64,000 nt of DNA. It comes from Callorhinchus milii. Lineage: Eukaryota. The position numbers and the translations under genes were made by a program. Positions 35,551 to 49,466 of the stretch are shown here, piece after piece. The first letter of the stretch is position 1; each line of letters opens with the position of its first letter. The notes under the pieces are model-generated. The model saw only the letters and a list, made by a program, of their open reading frames with translations, ran no database searches and was not told where the DNA came from. The stretch is from contig NW_024704742.1 in assembly GCF_018977255.1 (NCBI RefSeq), positions 33,792,001 through 33,856,000 on the forward strand, read 5' to 3'.

Positions 35551-37869
35551 CTTGAATCAGAAACAAAAGTATTTTTTAAACACAGAATGTTTCAGAATGA
35601 AATATGGATGGTAAACAATCACAGTTCCTTTACCAAAGTTTTAAATGAAGTGTCTCAAGATGCCACTGTACGTGAAGCTGCTATATAAATGCAAGTAGTA
35701 GTTGCGTTAAATTAAATTTGGGCTTAGTTATTGCACCAACTTACAACATAAAGCCTGAGATAATGGAGACTCAAACCATTGTGTTATAATGGGGTTTCTC
35801 TGTACTAGTCACCTGGAAGCTAGAAATAATTTGTTTGATTAGATTATAGCATGACAGAATAATTACCTCCAGAAATTAGAAACTCAAGTAAAGCTTTAAA
35901 TAACAAATAACTGATTCATAAATTGCAACAGATTAACATGTTTACTTATAAGAAAAGACCACTAAAGTGGCTGCTCATTGGTCATGATACCGCTCACAGC
36001 AATATATTCGGTTAATAATTCTGCAGTGCAAAATTAACCAGTATATGAAATTGAGAATTCAATCATTGATGAACAGACATTTTGGCCCCCAAATTGTACA
36101 CTAACAAGATTAGTCCTCCAAAGAGGAAGTATTTGGACTTTCCGACTACAAATCAGAAGAACCATAACTTTCTGTTTTGGCTTCCTGGTGTCTGAAACAT
36201 GTGGAAATACGTCACCAATCGTAAGAGCATCCAAATCAGAGTGCCATGCATGCCAACCATACATGGAAATGTCCAACTTTAGAATGGAATGTGCATTCTT
36301 TCCCCAGAGGGATGTTTCTTAGTTACCTAAGTCTAGAAAGTATTAGACGCAGGTTAGCAAGAAACAAGGCTTGGAGACCACAGTGTGTGTGTTTGGGTAC
36401 TGTTGAGCTAGGACCAGTCCTCATTTAAGGGCTTTGGCTTGCAGGGCTAACAGGAATTGAGTGGTAAGAAACCTTTTCCTCAGTGAGCAATCTGCTTCTC
36501 CACGTCCGACTCATGAACCAGGCTGCAGACCCGCCTGGCTCAAGAAACGGATTACTGACATTGCCACAGAGGGTTGATTATTTCTGACATTCCTTGCCAA
36601 GTACGTCACCCTAGAGCCAGTTTAGCTCCAAGAAGACCCTGCTTACCTTTCCTCCTTCCCTGGTCAAGAGGATAGCCAGTAATTGGATGCGACAATTTCC
36701 ATATCTAGGTGGGATTCATGGAATTCCCAGCTTGGTTTGGATACTCTTAAGCATGGTGATGGGCTTTCACGTGTTCCAGACACCCAGCTGACCAAAAAAA
36801 AGCAATTTGTCATTTATTTGTTCTTGTCAAAAGTACCCCTCAACTCTAAAAATGAATTAAAAAGATGACTCATACAAGGCATCAGGAAATGGCTGCTATC
36901 ATGTTTCAGTTTCTTGCTGGAAAATCAGATCATCTGACACACATCTAAATCTCCAATGTTACATAACTTGTTTACATGTTGGCATCACCACAATCTCAGA
37001 CTCAGAGCACTCGGAAGGTTGTTACATTATGATGATGAATGACAGACTCTTCCAGTCAGCTGCACTGTAATTCTCTGCTCATAAACGATACAAGAGCTTT
37101 GTATTTCAATGCCTCAAATAGTACATTCAGCAATCTCAGCTTTCACCCCATGCGTTGTGTAGGTGGTGAAAGTGGTTAATGTGAATTTTCAGTGACAAAA
37201 GCAAAAGCAGGTAAAATTATTCAACATTTTTGTCAAATAATGTAGAAAAGGCTTTTACCAACAACTAAATTCAGAAAAATGTGTAATGGTTTCAATTGCA
37301 GAATTTGAAAACACTCACAGTTCATTTCATATAAGAACATAAGAAATGCTAGAGGAAAGACCAAGGTCCATCTAGTTTGCCCTCCACCTTTCTGGTAGTC
37401 ACATATGTCCCGAACTACCCATGTACTATATCCCATTTCACCCCTGTAGTGAAATATAACTAATGTTTTCCAGTCACTTTTGTTTTCTGCATTATACTCC
37501 CATTCCTCCTCTCCCCACCAGCTGTTTGTGTCCTAATGATGCTGAATGTGATGAGAATTCTGCCGTTAGCACTGCTTGCCATTAGCATTCACATCAATAC
37601 AGTTTGATTTGCACAGCAATGAGTCACTGCTCAGGAACTCGCAGAGAACAGAGAAGTGATTTGAAATAAAAATACCTTTCATACTTAAAAAAAATTCTTA
37701 TAATTTTCTACACAAGAGTGTGACATAATATGTACATTTGAGTAGAAGGGGCTACAAAGGGGTTTGGTGAAAAGACAGACCATTAGAATTAAAATGTCTC
37801 CCAAAATCTAATTAGCTGGTGAAACCGGTTCAGTCAGATGAACGGCCTTTTCCCATGACCTAATAAAAT

Positions 37870-38185
37870 AATAATAATCCTTGTGTTTGATATAGTGCCT
37901 TATCAAGTCATTGAGATGCCTCAAAGTGTTTCACAGGAGAAGCTGTAAAGAGGATTGACAGTGTATTTTGTGGGTGAAATGTGGCAACCAGTTTGCACAC
38001 AGCAATTTCCCACAAATAGCCATGCAGTGAGTGACCAATTTTAATTTGGGGGAATAGGGCATGGGATCTCTAATGTCTATCTGAACAGGCAGATTGGACC
38101 TCAGTTTAACGTCTCATCTGACAGACATCACCTCCGACAATGCAACACATCTCCAGCACTGGATTGGACTGTCAGCTAAACTATA
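37870..38185 (-). mobile_element. Old Deu-domain-like SINE
   Basis: Reverse diverged copy. Confidence 0.75.
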
Positions 38186-39192
38186 TGCTTCCAAAATAAC
38201 AGAACAGGCTTGATGGGTTGAATTACCTTCCTCTGTTTCAATGCTGCTATACACTAAAAACATTGAAAGATTAGCTTCACCACTTTGATTCAGTTCTTAT
38301 TTTTTTTAAAAAAAGGAACTAATCATAGCTGAAAAATTATTTTAAGATTAGTTTTGCAGCATACCCTTCCGTAATTTCTACAGAAAAGAATTCCATGTTC
38401 ACTGGGTCTGTACATTTTAGAACTGTCAGGTTAGCATTAAAGAAGTTACTTCACATGACAATAATAAGCAATTTTAACACAAGCTAATTTTGATCATTTT
38501 ATATAAACTCCCCAGTGAAGTAAAATACAGTGGACAGTAAGAGATGCAATTGGGACTGAGAGTTAGATCTGTTGCCACAATCGGTTGGAATCAAAGGGAA
38601 TAGGTTTGGTTTGTACATTGCACCTGAGAGGAAAATGACCAGTAATGCCCACAGGGCCAAACCATCCATGATAATATTGCTTACTCTAGTTACTAGTCTC
38701 TCTTCTCACAACACGAAGATTAAGGCAGCGGCATAACAGAAATATTTTAGACTGCACATTATTCAAGTATGCGAATATTACAACTTCAAAAAAGGTCTAT
38801 TCTGAAGTGAATAAAGTAGTCAGTTCCTGACCATAACAAAATTGATCTAAAATAATTAAAACATGTTCTGCACAAAAAAGAAAGTACAGTGAATTATTGA
38901 GTGTTTAAACTGAGTCTTACATAAACGTAATGGTATCACAAGGAAGCCTTTATAGAAATCAAGCACCATAGTTCACACACCGTATCCCCTGTCATTCTTC
39001 CAATTCATGGAATAGTAAAATAGGATATAAAAATATTTTCAAAAGCTATGATCACCATTATGCCTGAGGCCTGTTATACATTTCCTGTAAGTAAAAAACA
39101 AAAAAGAACAGATGGAAACCCAGTCTCTTTGCTGCTCAGATACATTTAACCTGCGAATGTCTGCGTCTATATCTAACTTGAAATAGATAAAA

Positions 39193-39597
39193 CAACAATC
39201 CTTCCATTTGATATAGCACCTTTCACACTGGAAGGACATGTAAAAGCACTTCACAGGATTTTACTATGAAGTGCAGTGACTGTAATCCATAGGTGAATTT
39301 GGCAGCCAATTTGCACACAATGATCCACAAACAGCTAATAATGTGAGTGACACATTTTATTTGGGGGACTGTTGGTCAAAACTCCTTTCTCTTTTTAAAC
39401 AGTGCCTTAACGTCCACTTGAACAGGCAGATGGGACATCAATTTTACATTTCAAAGGATGACAATGCAACAATGCAGGGCTCCTCCAGCTTGTATTAGAA
39501 TGTTAGCCGAGACCAATTTTAAAGCTCTTTCGTGGTTTTTGAACCTTCGACCATCTAATTCAAGGTGAGAGTACTACCAACTGAGCCAGGATGACAC
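39193..39597 (-). mobile_element. Old Deu-domain-like SINE
   Basis: Reverse full-length diverged copy. Confidence 0.75.
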
Positions 39598-39983
39598 CCA
39601 AGTACATTCTTTAACATTCTTCTTCAGAGTACAGGACAAATAATGCAGACTTGCAGAGTTGGAAACTTTTTAATAAAAAAATAAAGCCTTTAAATGTGGA
39701 TATATTCTCTCCAGCCTCTGATTAACACCCTCAAACGTTACACTAGTCTGTAGCCTCTGCCATTAAGAAGATGTGAGAATCTCCTTCGGATTTCCTTTTC
39801 CTGTGGGAAGCACTTTCACAGGCCTCATTCACAGTGCAGTGAGGTCAAGAACAACAACAACAAAAAGATTACATTTGTATAGAGCCTTTCACGTTGGGAG
39901 GACATCCCAAGGCGCCAGAATGTGGTAGGCGTGCAGGTTATTGTGGATGTGAACAGTAACCAAACAATATGCATGCACTGTAC

Positions 39984-40112
39984 CTTCTTCATCCTCCCAC
40001 TCGAGGTCCAGTGAAGTACTATCATCGTTTCCACTTGTTGATTTGGTTTTTACTGTCAAATCACAGCTGCTTTCAGTGTTTGGGGTCAGAATAGTAGGTT
40101 CTGAGGAGATTC
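39984..40112 (-). CDS. AP1AR: AP1AR exon with W-acidic motif
   Basis: tctgctag|ga...g|gtacag; ISSEPTILTPNTESSCDLTVKTKSTSGNDDSTSLDLEWEDEE; 129 nt. Confidence 0.95.
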
Positions 40113-40552
40113 CTAGCAGAGACACAGAAGATTCTCAACAAATCAGAACACTGCAGAATTGTGCTGAAAGGCATACACATTACAGCAATAAGAAGTGCAG
40201 GGAACCAAACAATTTTGATAGTAGTGCAGACTGGACTCCATAGCTGCCAACCTTCAAATTCTTAGCAGGTGAAATGTTCAGTAGAATAACCGTTACACTA
40301 CAACTAGCGTAGAGGAATTGGATATTTCAAGTTATAAGAGAAGTCATAGAGGAAGGACTTTCCCAGGATCATTAGACACTGCCACAAGCCACTTTGAAAA
40401 CAGTCTTGCAGCAAGGCAGCTCTGGTCAAATGTGAATCTGGGACTCCAAGGTGAAAGGCTAGTGCCCAACCCTTCTGCGACACTGAAATTTCTACCAGCA
40501 GATTTTAGTGGCCAATCACCTGGGCCAATAGTGTGCATCTCTCTCTGAGAGC

Positions 40553-40645
40553 GTGTCTCTGAGTGTGTCTGTCTCAGTGTGTGTGTGTCCGTCTGTGTGT
40601 GTGTGTGTGTCCCCGTCTCTCTGTGTCTGCGTGTCTCTCTCTCTG
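40553..40645. repeat. (GT/CT)-rich microsatellite
   Basis: Mixed gt and ct dinucleotide runs. Confidence 0.85.
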
Positions 40646-41086
40646 GGTATGTGCGCGGTCCTGGGTCCTGAGAGCTACTGTAATCTCACTGGTGTTCTCC
40701 CCTTCACCCCCACAAAAAAAATGGCCACTCATTTTTTGTTAAAGAAGGAATATAAATTTTTTTGCAACAATCTAACGTGTTATTTCCTCATGTTTAGTTT
40801 TCATCAATAAAGTGAAAAAATGCTGGTTGGCAATAAAATGTACTTCAATAACACCAAACAACTCTTCGCCATTTTTTGCAAAATTTGGCAAAAGGTTTTC
40901 CTGAAATTTTCTGCAAAATCCGCAAATCTCCCCGCAATTGGGGACAAATATTTCCGCACTTTTCTATTGGTCCAGCCAATCACTATAGGGTGCTGCATGC
41001 TCTACTTGTAATGCTCCACTCAGCCAGGAAGAGAAATCAGTGTTCCAGGTAATAGGAAACGAGCTACGTTATCAGTACAATGTGTA

Positions 41087-41700
41087 ATGAGTGCAAACTT
41101 CCTGCAGTTGAATGTGGAGCAGACGGACTTCTTGGCTCCCGTCAACGTCTTCACTCCTGCGGATCTGAACTCCTCAACCTCCCTGCTCTCTCTCCCTCAG
41201 ACTGACCAAACTAGCTCCACTATTCAAAAGAACAGAACTCTGCATCCGCGTACTGACCCGGACCAAACTCCGTACCCACATCTCACCAGTTCTGGCCAGG
41301 CTCCACTGGCTTCCCATCACTGAACAGATTGACTTCAAGATCCACATTCTCGTGTTAAAATCCATTCACTCCCTGGCACCTCCCTGCCTCTCTGACCTCC
41401 TCACTCCACCACCCGGCTCCTCTGCTCTACTGGCACCGGCCTCCTGCTCGTCCCTCGCACCCTCCGCCCCACCATCGGAGGTTGTGTTTTCAGTCACTGT
41501 GCCCCAAAACTCTGGAACACTCTCCCTCAATCCCTCCGCATTGCCCCCTCTCTCCCCTTTTTTGTCTTGCCTGAAAACCTTCTGGTTCGACCGTGCTTAT
41601 GGCCAGCCCCCCACTGGCTCGGAGTCGGGCTCTGCCACAGTTAGGTGCTCTGAGATGTTAACATGCATGGATGGCTCTATATAAGTGCAAGTTGTTGTTG
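41087..41700 (+). mobile_element. L2 LINE 3' part (internally deleted)
   Basis: Closely parallels 12850-13690; (TTG)n tail. Confidence 0.9.
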
Positions 41701-43362
41701 TGGTGCCATTCAGACCATTTTACGGGGTCAGAGCAATTTGCAGTTAATGTTAATTTGGCATGAAGATAACATAGTAGAGTAGAACCTGCATCAATCATGC
41801 GTTAACCCACTACACCGTGAAACCCTGGAAGACTCTTCCTCTATCCCTCTGCCTTGCCCCTTCCTTCCCCATCTTCAGGTCATGCCTGAAGACCTTCCTA
41901 TTCCAACGTGGCTCCAGGCACCTCCCCATTCCCTTGGTGGCTCGATCCGCCATCCTTGGCCTCTGGCTGAATTAGATGGTATTAGCCAGGCTAGCACTAC
42001 TTTAATGCCCTAGCCATGGGGGGGAAATCATTCTGGCTTCCTGCTCTTGAACACTATTTAATGACTCCTGCTGAAGCATGTGGATTGCGTCTTGGAATGC
42101 TGATCAGACTAGTTGGCTTAAAGTCTTCTTCTCAGTTAGCGGTAAAGATCCCATTATGAGATTAATGTGGCCAACAGCAGGCAATCTCTTACACACATCA
42201 AAAGATACTTAAGAAATAAGGTTATTAAAGGATATGCACAAAAAAGAATTAAAATATATACAATCAATGCATTTTACAATGTGTTTGAATGTCGAATGGC
42301 CTATTCCTGTTCTTAGCTTTCTTGTACTATATGTACACTTAAGTATAGTTTTGAAAACAATGATTCTGGATTTAAAAACACACTTTACATAGGACTGGCC
42401 AGATAGTAAATTGGCCAGTAAACAGCCTATGAAAACAGTGCCAGGTCTGTAGAACAATTTGCTCATTGTTTCGCAACAGCACCACCTACATGGCCAAGCC
42501 TGGCTGTGGTGACAGATCAATTGAAAGCTATGAAATTAAGTAGCCTTTTGTCTTGCTTATTTACATTCAGTTGATATTCAGTTTCATAGGTTTCATGGGG
42601 ATAAAGGCTGTGTCAACAATCCTTATAGCCACTAGAATTTAGCATCTGGAATATCAACCTCAATATCTGCCAAACAAAACTGTACCGATTAGAGACTAAT
42701 TTCCATTGTCGCAGGCTGGACAGAAACAGCTATTTGCATAGATTCATAGAAACTACAGCACAGTTGAGGCCATAGGGCCATCCTTCCACTTGGGGCATCT
42801 ATCCTAATCTTAATTTCTTGCTTTTGTTCAGTATACCCATTTACATTGTTCTTCAAAATGTGCTGCCCACAATTTTATTTAATGACAGGATAGCAACTTG
42901 TTACATGGACACATTCTGCAATCTTTCTGAAGACTTTCTGAATAAACGCCCAGGCCAATCAGGAAATGCCAAGGGCACATGTGGCGACATACAAATTCAT
43001 ACTTAAAAATAAATTAAACCCCTGGGGTAAATTTGATCAAATTGAATTAACACAATTAAGACATGAACCATCGTCCCTTGCAGGTCAACTAATAGGATGA
43101 TTTTTCTAAACTGATACACAAGTAACTTCAAGAATATTGGTTTCAAAACCGACTACCAAAGGTTTTTAATATCTGAAAGAAAATAAATGAGGAAAAGCAG
43201 ATGACATATTTTTGGGACAGAAATCAACTATAGAAAACAAAAATCAGATAGAAACAGAAAGGGTTAGGGTAATTAACTAAAATAGTCTGTATTGAGAGTA
43301 CTGATATTGAGAATTCCTGGCATTTAAGATTTTCTCTGAAGGTGGCTGAGGTAAGGTGATAT

Positions 43363-43657
43363 AATAATAATCCTTACATTTGAAATAGCATCTTTCCACA
43401 TCTTCGAGCCGTCTCAAAGTGTTTCACAGAATATACTGTAAAGTGAATTAACTGTGTTGTGTGGGTGAAATGCGGCAGTGAATTGTGCACAGCAGTGACC
43501 CACAAACAGTCGTGGATTGAGTGACCAAATTATTATTTCTAAAAATGTTTTTTTGAAGGGATTATTTCCCCCAGAAAAGCGGTCCGTCAATTGACTAACA
43601 GTCGGGTACCTACTTACTGCTAAGTAATTGCTCTAACCATACTCTACAGGACTCCAC
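43363..43657 (-). mobile_element. Older long-form tRNA SINE
   Basis: Reverse copy with an internal deletion. Confidence 0.8.
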
Positions 43658-45201
43658 TGGTAAACGTAGCAGACAATTTGTGTATAGCAATGTTCCACAA
43701 ACAGCCATGATGCAAATGATTAATTTTATTTTGGGGATTCTTGGCCAGGACATTTCTAATTATGAAAAAGTCCATATCGTAGATTGGCTCAATAGATTAG
43801 ATTAGATTATTCTATATGTGTCATCCAAGAACCATGAAAAACAAAATATAGTAATACTTCAATTCCAAGCATGGTGAACATATAGACTACACTATAACAA
43901 CAAAATAATTACATTTGTAAAGCGCCTTTCACGTTGGGAGAACGTCCCAAGGCGCTGAACAGTCAGGGATCAGGACTATTGATCCCTGACCGTTCTGACT
44001 CCCTAGGGAGGGACGTTTGCAAGCAAGTCATTTGTAATGTAAGATAGAATGTTTTTAAAAAGCGAGTGGGCAGATAAAACCTAATGGTATTTATTTTATG
44101 GTTTTGTACATTCCTTCATAAAGCAATTTTATTAGTGTTATTTTAGCTCCTAAAATTCTCTCTCTGAGGAAGTGATTTTCATTTGTCAGCTTTGATTGGA
44201 ATCCTTCATTCTACGCTTTGCGAATGCTTTAGTGAACCGATGTCAGTTTAGTGCACTGTTTAATTTTTAAATCTTCTCAGTCAAAGACTATTATATAAAG
44301 TGGCTCTCGGGGTTAAAACATATTTAATAATGTACTAGCTTTTAAGCTTTTTTAAAACAAATTCTCTACACTAATCCCTGAAAATGCAGTATGAGCATTT
44401 TGAAATGTCCTAACATGAAAAGCTCTATGTGAATGTAAATTGTATCATAATTAGATTGTATAATCAATAAAGTTAGAAACAAAAGGTCCAATTAAATATT
44501 TCAACTCCGAAAACATGGCAACAATTATAATTAATTGATAAACTCTTGTTCAGTTATTTGCTAAGGCTTCCAGATGCTGTAATTCAACTTCAATTACCTA
44601 TCTGCTTCAACGAAATGCATTCCTCATGCATTTCCATTGCTTAATTAATGCAGTCTTTTATGGTATTTATGATGCTTTTTAAATTGAAAGTGAGATTAAG
44701 TGGATTGAAAGAATGATTAAATATACCCAATATTAAAAATAATAGAAATCCAATACATTTTGACTTAATTTTATCACTTCTGTGTCAGCCTGGCTCAGTT
44801 TATAGCATTCTAGTCTCCGAGTCAGAAAGATGTGGGCAGAAACCCCACGTCGGGTCTTTGAATTTATATAATCCAGACCAAAGTTTCTCAACCAGTGAGT
44901 CGCAACTCAAAAGTGGGTCACCAGAATGTGTCAAAACAGATTATGAAATTTTATGCATTTTGTGTGGTTTTGGCCGATCGACAATCATCACAAAGGCCAT
45001 TCACTGAATTAATACAAACAGTGTCGCAGTTGTGGAACGTCGAGAATTTACAACCTGCGGTTCAAATTCTGTTATAAAGTTATTTAACAGCACTGAAATT
45101 TGTCAATCAAAGGCAACAATCCATCCTTTTACTGTAATCTTGCAGTGGAGAGTTTGGAACGTCAGAGAAGCTAGTCTTGTCGTCAGTGAAACGATACTTA
45201 C

Positions 45202-45278
45202 TGCATTGGTTCCTGAAGGCTTCAGACTGAGATTTTGCATTCTGTAGGTAGGATTCAAAGTCCTCCTCTCCTCCATCT
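45202..45278 (-). CDS. AP1AR: AP1AR exon
   Basis: tttttttgcag|a...a|gtaagt; DGGEEDFESYLQNAKSQSEAFRNQC (human PEDDFESCLRNMKSQYEVFR); 77 nt. Confidence 0.9.
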
Positions 45279-45435
45279 CTGCAAAAAAATACAGGATTGG
45301 CAGGTAAAACAACCCATTCAGGTAACGTATACGTTACGCGCAAGGCAAGAACATTTTATACAAGATGTGGGTCTCATTGTGTTAAATGCACAGGTGAACT
45401 TCTGCATGCAGGTGGCAGTATTTGTTCATCACCAA

Positions 45436-47089
45436 GTACACAGTAATAGCCCATTTCAATTCCTTGTACTTTTACAGTTCTATTTTATTAATTATTCACC
45501 TGGCATGAAACACTAGGTACAAATCCCCAATTAAATTCCAGGAAGGCATTAACGTTCCAGGCCTGCACACAAGCTGTACAATGAAGCAACAGGATCATTA
45601 ATTAAAGATGCAGCACACTCACAAAAAGAAACATCTCCTGAGCTTGGAGTAAGTATTATTCTAAAAAAAAGTAGGGCAGGATAATAGTCTGTGCTACAGC
45701 AAGTTCTCTGACCCTGGGAGTGAGAAAAACCTCAGCTATCTGATAATTCCTTAATTTTCCCCTCTTGGGAATTTAGGTTTAAACATACAAACAGATGTTG
45801 AACTGAATTTTCATATTGCAGCATCCGTTCTTCATGTTTGATGTTGTGAGCGAGGGTATTGCCGGGGAATTCACCAGAGAGACAAGTGCTATGTGTACAG
45901 AGGGGATTTTTGTGAATATTAGCTTCCCACAGTTTGGTGTGGAGATACGAATGGCATCCTGTCCCACTGCGGGTGCACAAACAGGATGGTGAGTAATGCA
46001 TGAAGAAATGCAAACTAAATTTTGCTTTGATCCCAGGTCAGCCAAGCAGCAGCTCTGGGGCACTAGATTTGCTCTCCGTGGCCTTTGCACATGGAAGGGA
46101 GAAGAAAACATCAGACAGTAAGCCTATTCCTGATCACAATCCAGTCGCACCTGCTGGAAAAGGTCAAGACTGGTGGGGGCTCATTTTTTTTTAATGTGGA
46201 TCCTGCCAGCAAGGAGTCACTGCCAGACCTTGTTAAGAATAATTGACCATTTGGGAAATGTACCAGAGGGAATCCGATGCTCTTGGAACTCTACCACAGC
46301 ACGAGTCAGCATCTTCAGTAGATGGAGCGCCACAATACCACTTTACTTACTAGTGGCAGTAACATCCACCTAAAGCCAAGTATCAAGTTCTGTTTGAGCA
46401 ATAGTTTTTGTCCGTTACATTTTATTCGGACCTTCGTTTCAGGAAAATATTCTCTAATTGCAAGTGAGCTCTCTTTGAGTCCGTCTAATTTAACTGTTTC
46501 TTTGACCTCCTAAAAACCTACCTTTCTAACCCCACCTATGGTCACCACCCACTTGACCCCTCGGTGTCCAGTTCTTTCATTGCAAAAGCGCTGCGAGACT
46601 TTATCCTACATGAAGGGTACAAGGCAAGCAATTCAATGTTGTAATGCTGTTGTGTACAGGGTATCCACAAGATCCTTTTACCCCGTTACAAAACAGCAAT
46701 ATGAGATTATGGAGATGCTGACACAAGCTGTCGCAAATGCACTTTGCCTCTTCACTCCATCCATGTTACGGAAGATGTTGTACCGAACATGGCTACAGAT
46801 CATTATCTGCTATGAAAATTATGGCGCTCACACAGATCCTCTGGGTGTCTAAATACAACTAAACACTTGTACTGAATACAATTAAGTACTTCTAACTACT
46901 ATTATCACCAGGAAATGCCTGTCCCAATATGTCTAGCATTATAAAACATCCTTTTTACAATTCTGTTTGGCTCCCAAAGGGACTCTTGCTCTCCTGCTTT
47001 AAATTGCTGGGGCGAGCAATGCCAGGTGAATAATTAATAAAATAGAACTGTAAAAGTACAAGGAATTGAAATGGGCTATTACTGTGTAC
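45436..47089. repeat. Perfect 71-bp inverted repeat with 1512-bp spacer
   Basis: 45436-45506 is the exact reverse complement of 47019-47089. Confidence 0.95.
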
Positions 47090-47502
47090 CTAAGGTGTTC
47101 AATTCACCTGTACAGAACTCCTGTTAACACAAGCAGCAGCAGAAGAGTGGTGACAAGATTCTCCAGGCTGCTCAACCGGCTGATTCAGCATCTCAAAGCT
47201 TCCCCCATCTCTCTTCCTTTATTGGGTTTTGGTTTTACTGCCAATTAATTGTCCTGATGTGAATATGTGGAATATCCAATGCCTTGGGACATCCTCCTGA
47301 CGTGAAAGGCGATATGCAAATGTAATTTTGTATTGTATCGTGAGGACAAAATAAGGGGTGGGGTGGGGGGGACGGGAGGTAGAAATTGCAGGGAAACGAA
47401 AATGCAAAGGAAAATCTGGAATAGAACCAATCTGAAGTCTTCATAAACTTCTATAATGCACTTGTTAAAGCTTCCTTATGATGTTAAAAAAATCTTTCTT
47501 AC

Positions 47503-47567
47503 CCTTTTTGTTGGTCAGGGGTTGCAGCAACCTTTGCTCTCCTTTTCATCTTTTGTAACCTTTGTTG
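47503..47567 (-). CDS. AP1AR: AP1AR exon (divergent sequence)
   Basis: ctttatag|caa...gg|gtaaga; QQRLQKMKRRAKVAATPDQQK(G); 65 nt, phase 0 to phase 2, which exactly bridges the flanking exons; weak similarity to human. Confidence 0.78.
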
Positions 47568-47822
47568 CTATAAAGCACATAGATCTTAAATGAGTCAACT
47601 TCACACACAGCAAACCATCCTCATCTTCAGACCAGCGCCCAGAGCAACGAGCGAAGAATGTACAAAACACACAACATATTTATCTTAAAAACTAAGCTGC
47701 TCTCAGGGTACATTTACACACATTAAGTATCAAGAGGCCTGAAGTTCCACGTATGATATTATAATAATATTCCTCGCCTTTGGTATAGCACCTTTCATAC
47801 CGGGAGACCATCTCATTGTATG

Positions 47823-48001
47823 TATAGCCTCAACCTGGCCGACCATTTTCACTTAAAATTTAAGATTGCACAGAATTTTGGAAAATTCTTAAATTCATTT
47901 CGAACTGATCCCAGATTGAGACTGAATTCAAGAATTTTCAACAATCTTAATCAATCACCATCTTAAATTTTAAGACAAAATGATCTTACAGGCTAAGACT
48001 A
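47823..48001. repeat. Palindromic MITE-like element
   Basis: Arms ...accattttcacttaaaatttaagat and atcttaaattttaagacaaaatgat are imperfect reverse complements; a related sequence lies at 19745-19840. Confidence 0.6.
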
Positions 48002-48464
48002 AGTGGAATTTCAGGCCTCAGAAATTGTGAAGCGCAAGACCTCAAATGAAATTTTCATTTTAAACCTCAAGTTGTCAGCTTTTGAACAACTAGATTCTCG
48101 TCAGCTGGATTGTCAAACAGTGTTTTTCAGGATCCTCCACCACTCCAAAACTCAACCAATGAAGAAATGCTTGTTCTGCATCTTCACCATTTCCAAGCTA
48201 CTTTGAGGAAGAAGTGCTATCAGTTCTAACACATTCTAAAAATGTTTTTGAAAAAAAGGCATACTAAACTTGTGCAATTCAGTCAGCAAAGAAAAATACG
48301 TAAATGCAGTAACTAAAAAATTGACTCAACTAACTTTAAATACTCGCAGATATCAAAAATTCTAGTTTCACATTTACTCTGTATGAAAAGATGGCACTCC
48401 AGATTTCTGAGTGTGGAAATTCTTACCATTAAACATGTCAAAGAGTGTTTTTAACACTATTATA

Positions 48465-48790
48465 ATAATCCTTATATCATTGTGCGTAATTATGTCGGCG
48501 AAACACTGCAAACAACTTCACAGGATTTACTGTAACGTGTAGTGATTGTACTTTTAGGTGAACGCAGCAGTAATTTTGCACAGCAATGTCCCACAGAAAG
48601 CCATGAAATAAATGATTAATTTCATCTGGGGATTGCTGGCAAGGACACCAGGAACTCCTCCCCTTCTCTTTTTGAATAGTATTATAGTATCTGAACAGAT
48701 GGGTGAGACCTCATTTTAATGTCTCATCCAAAGGATGGCACCTCTGGCAATAAAGCGTTCCACCAGCATCGGGACCATAAGCTCAAAGCC
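48465..48790 (-). mobile_element. Old Deu-domain-like SINE
   Basis: Reverse diverged copy. Confidence 0.65.
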
Positions 48791-48799
48791 CTGACAAGC

Positions 48800-49350
48800 A
48801 GTGGATTATTGCTATACAGTATTAAAAAGAGGGGAAGTTTTCAATTATGTAAGTTATAGACAGGATAGAAAAACTTCAAATGGATTTGGCTTATTATTAC
48901 AAATGGGATAGGAGTCTAATAGACTACTTCTGGAGTACCCTCTTTCTCTTCTGTCAGAATCACAGATACATTTCTGGCATATGGGTGAACATTTAAAGCA
49001 AGAATGTTAAAAGCCTTGCAGATTGCATGAGAAGTCAGAAAGAAGGGAATAAATTGAGGATTATCAAAGGAAGAAAAAAAAGGGAGGTTATAAAATCTGT
49101 TTTTATTTATATACACAATAGAGAACTGCAGGAATTCTATGCCACAAATGGCATTTGAGGCAATGCCCTTAACATAGCACTGCATAAAAAAATGGATAAA
49201 TACCTGAGGAAAAAATATTTAATGTAAAAGAGAAAAATACAGGGAAAGGGATCAGAAAAGGTACAGTAGCTCTAATGTGGGTTAAAGCAAGCACCAGCAT
49301 AGATACTAAAAGCCTTAAATAGACATCTTTCCATGCTGTAAACATTCTGA
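48800..49350 (+). mobile_element. Old CR1 3' fragment
   Basis: ttctggagtacc...atttaaagc...gagaactgcaggaattctatgcc...ggataaatacc, a degraded CR1-like end. Confidence 0.55.
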
Positions 49351-49466
49351 AAGTTGTTTTTAAAAACGAAGGCAGCCTGCTGTAAGTGCAGCCATTTTAA
49401 ACAGGTCTGTGTATAAGAGATTAGGTTTTGCAGATCCAAAACCAAACTGGGGCTTCATCCCCTCAC

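Noticed and set aside
40240..40835. hAT-like MITE (agctgccaac ... gttggcaa)
   Set aside because: The terminal match is too short and no 8-bp target duplication is evident.
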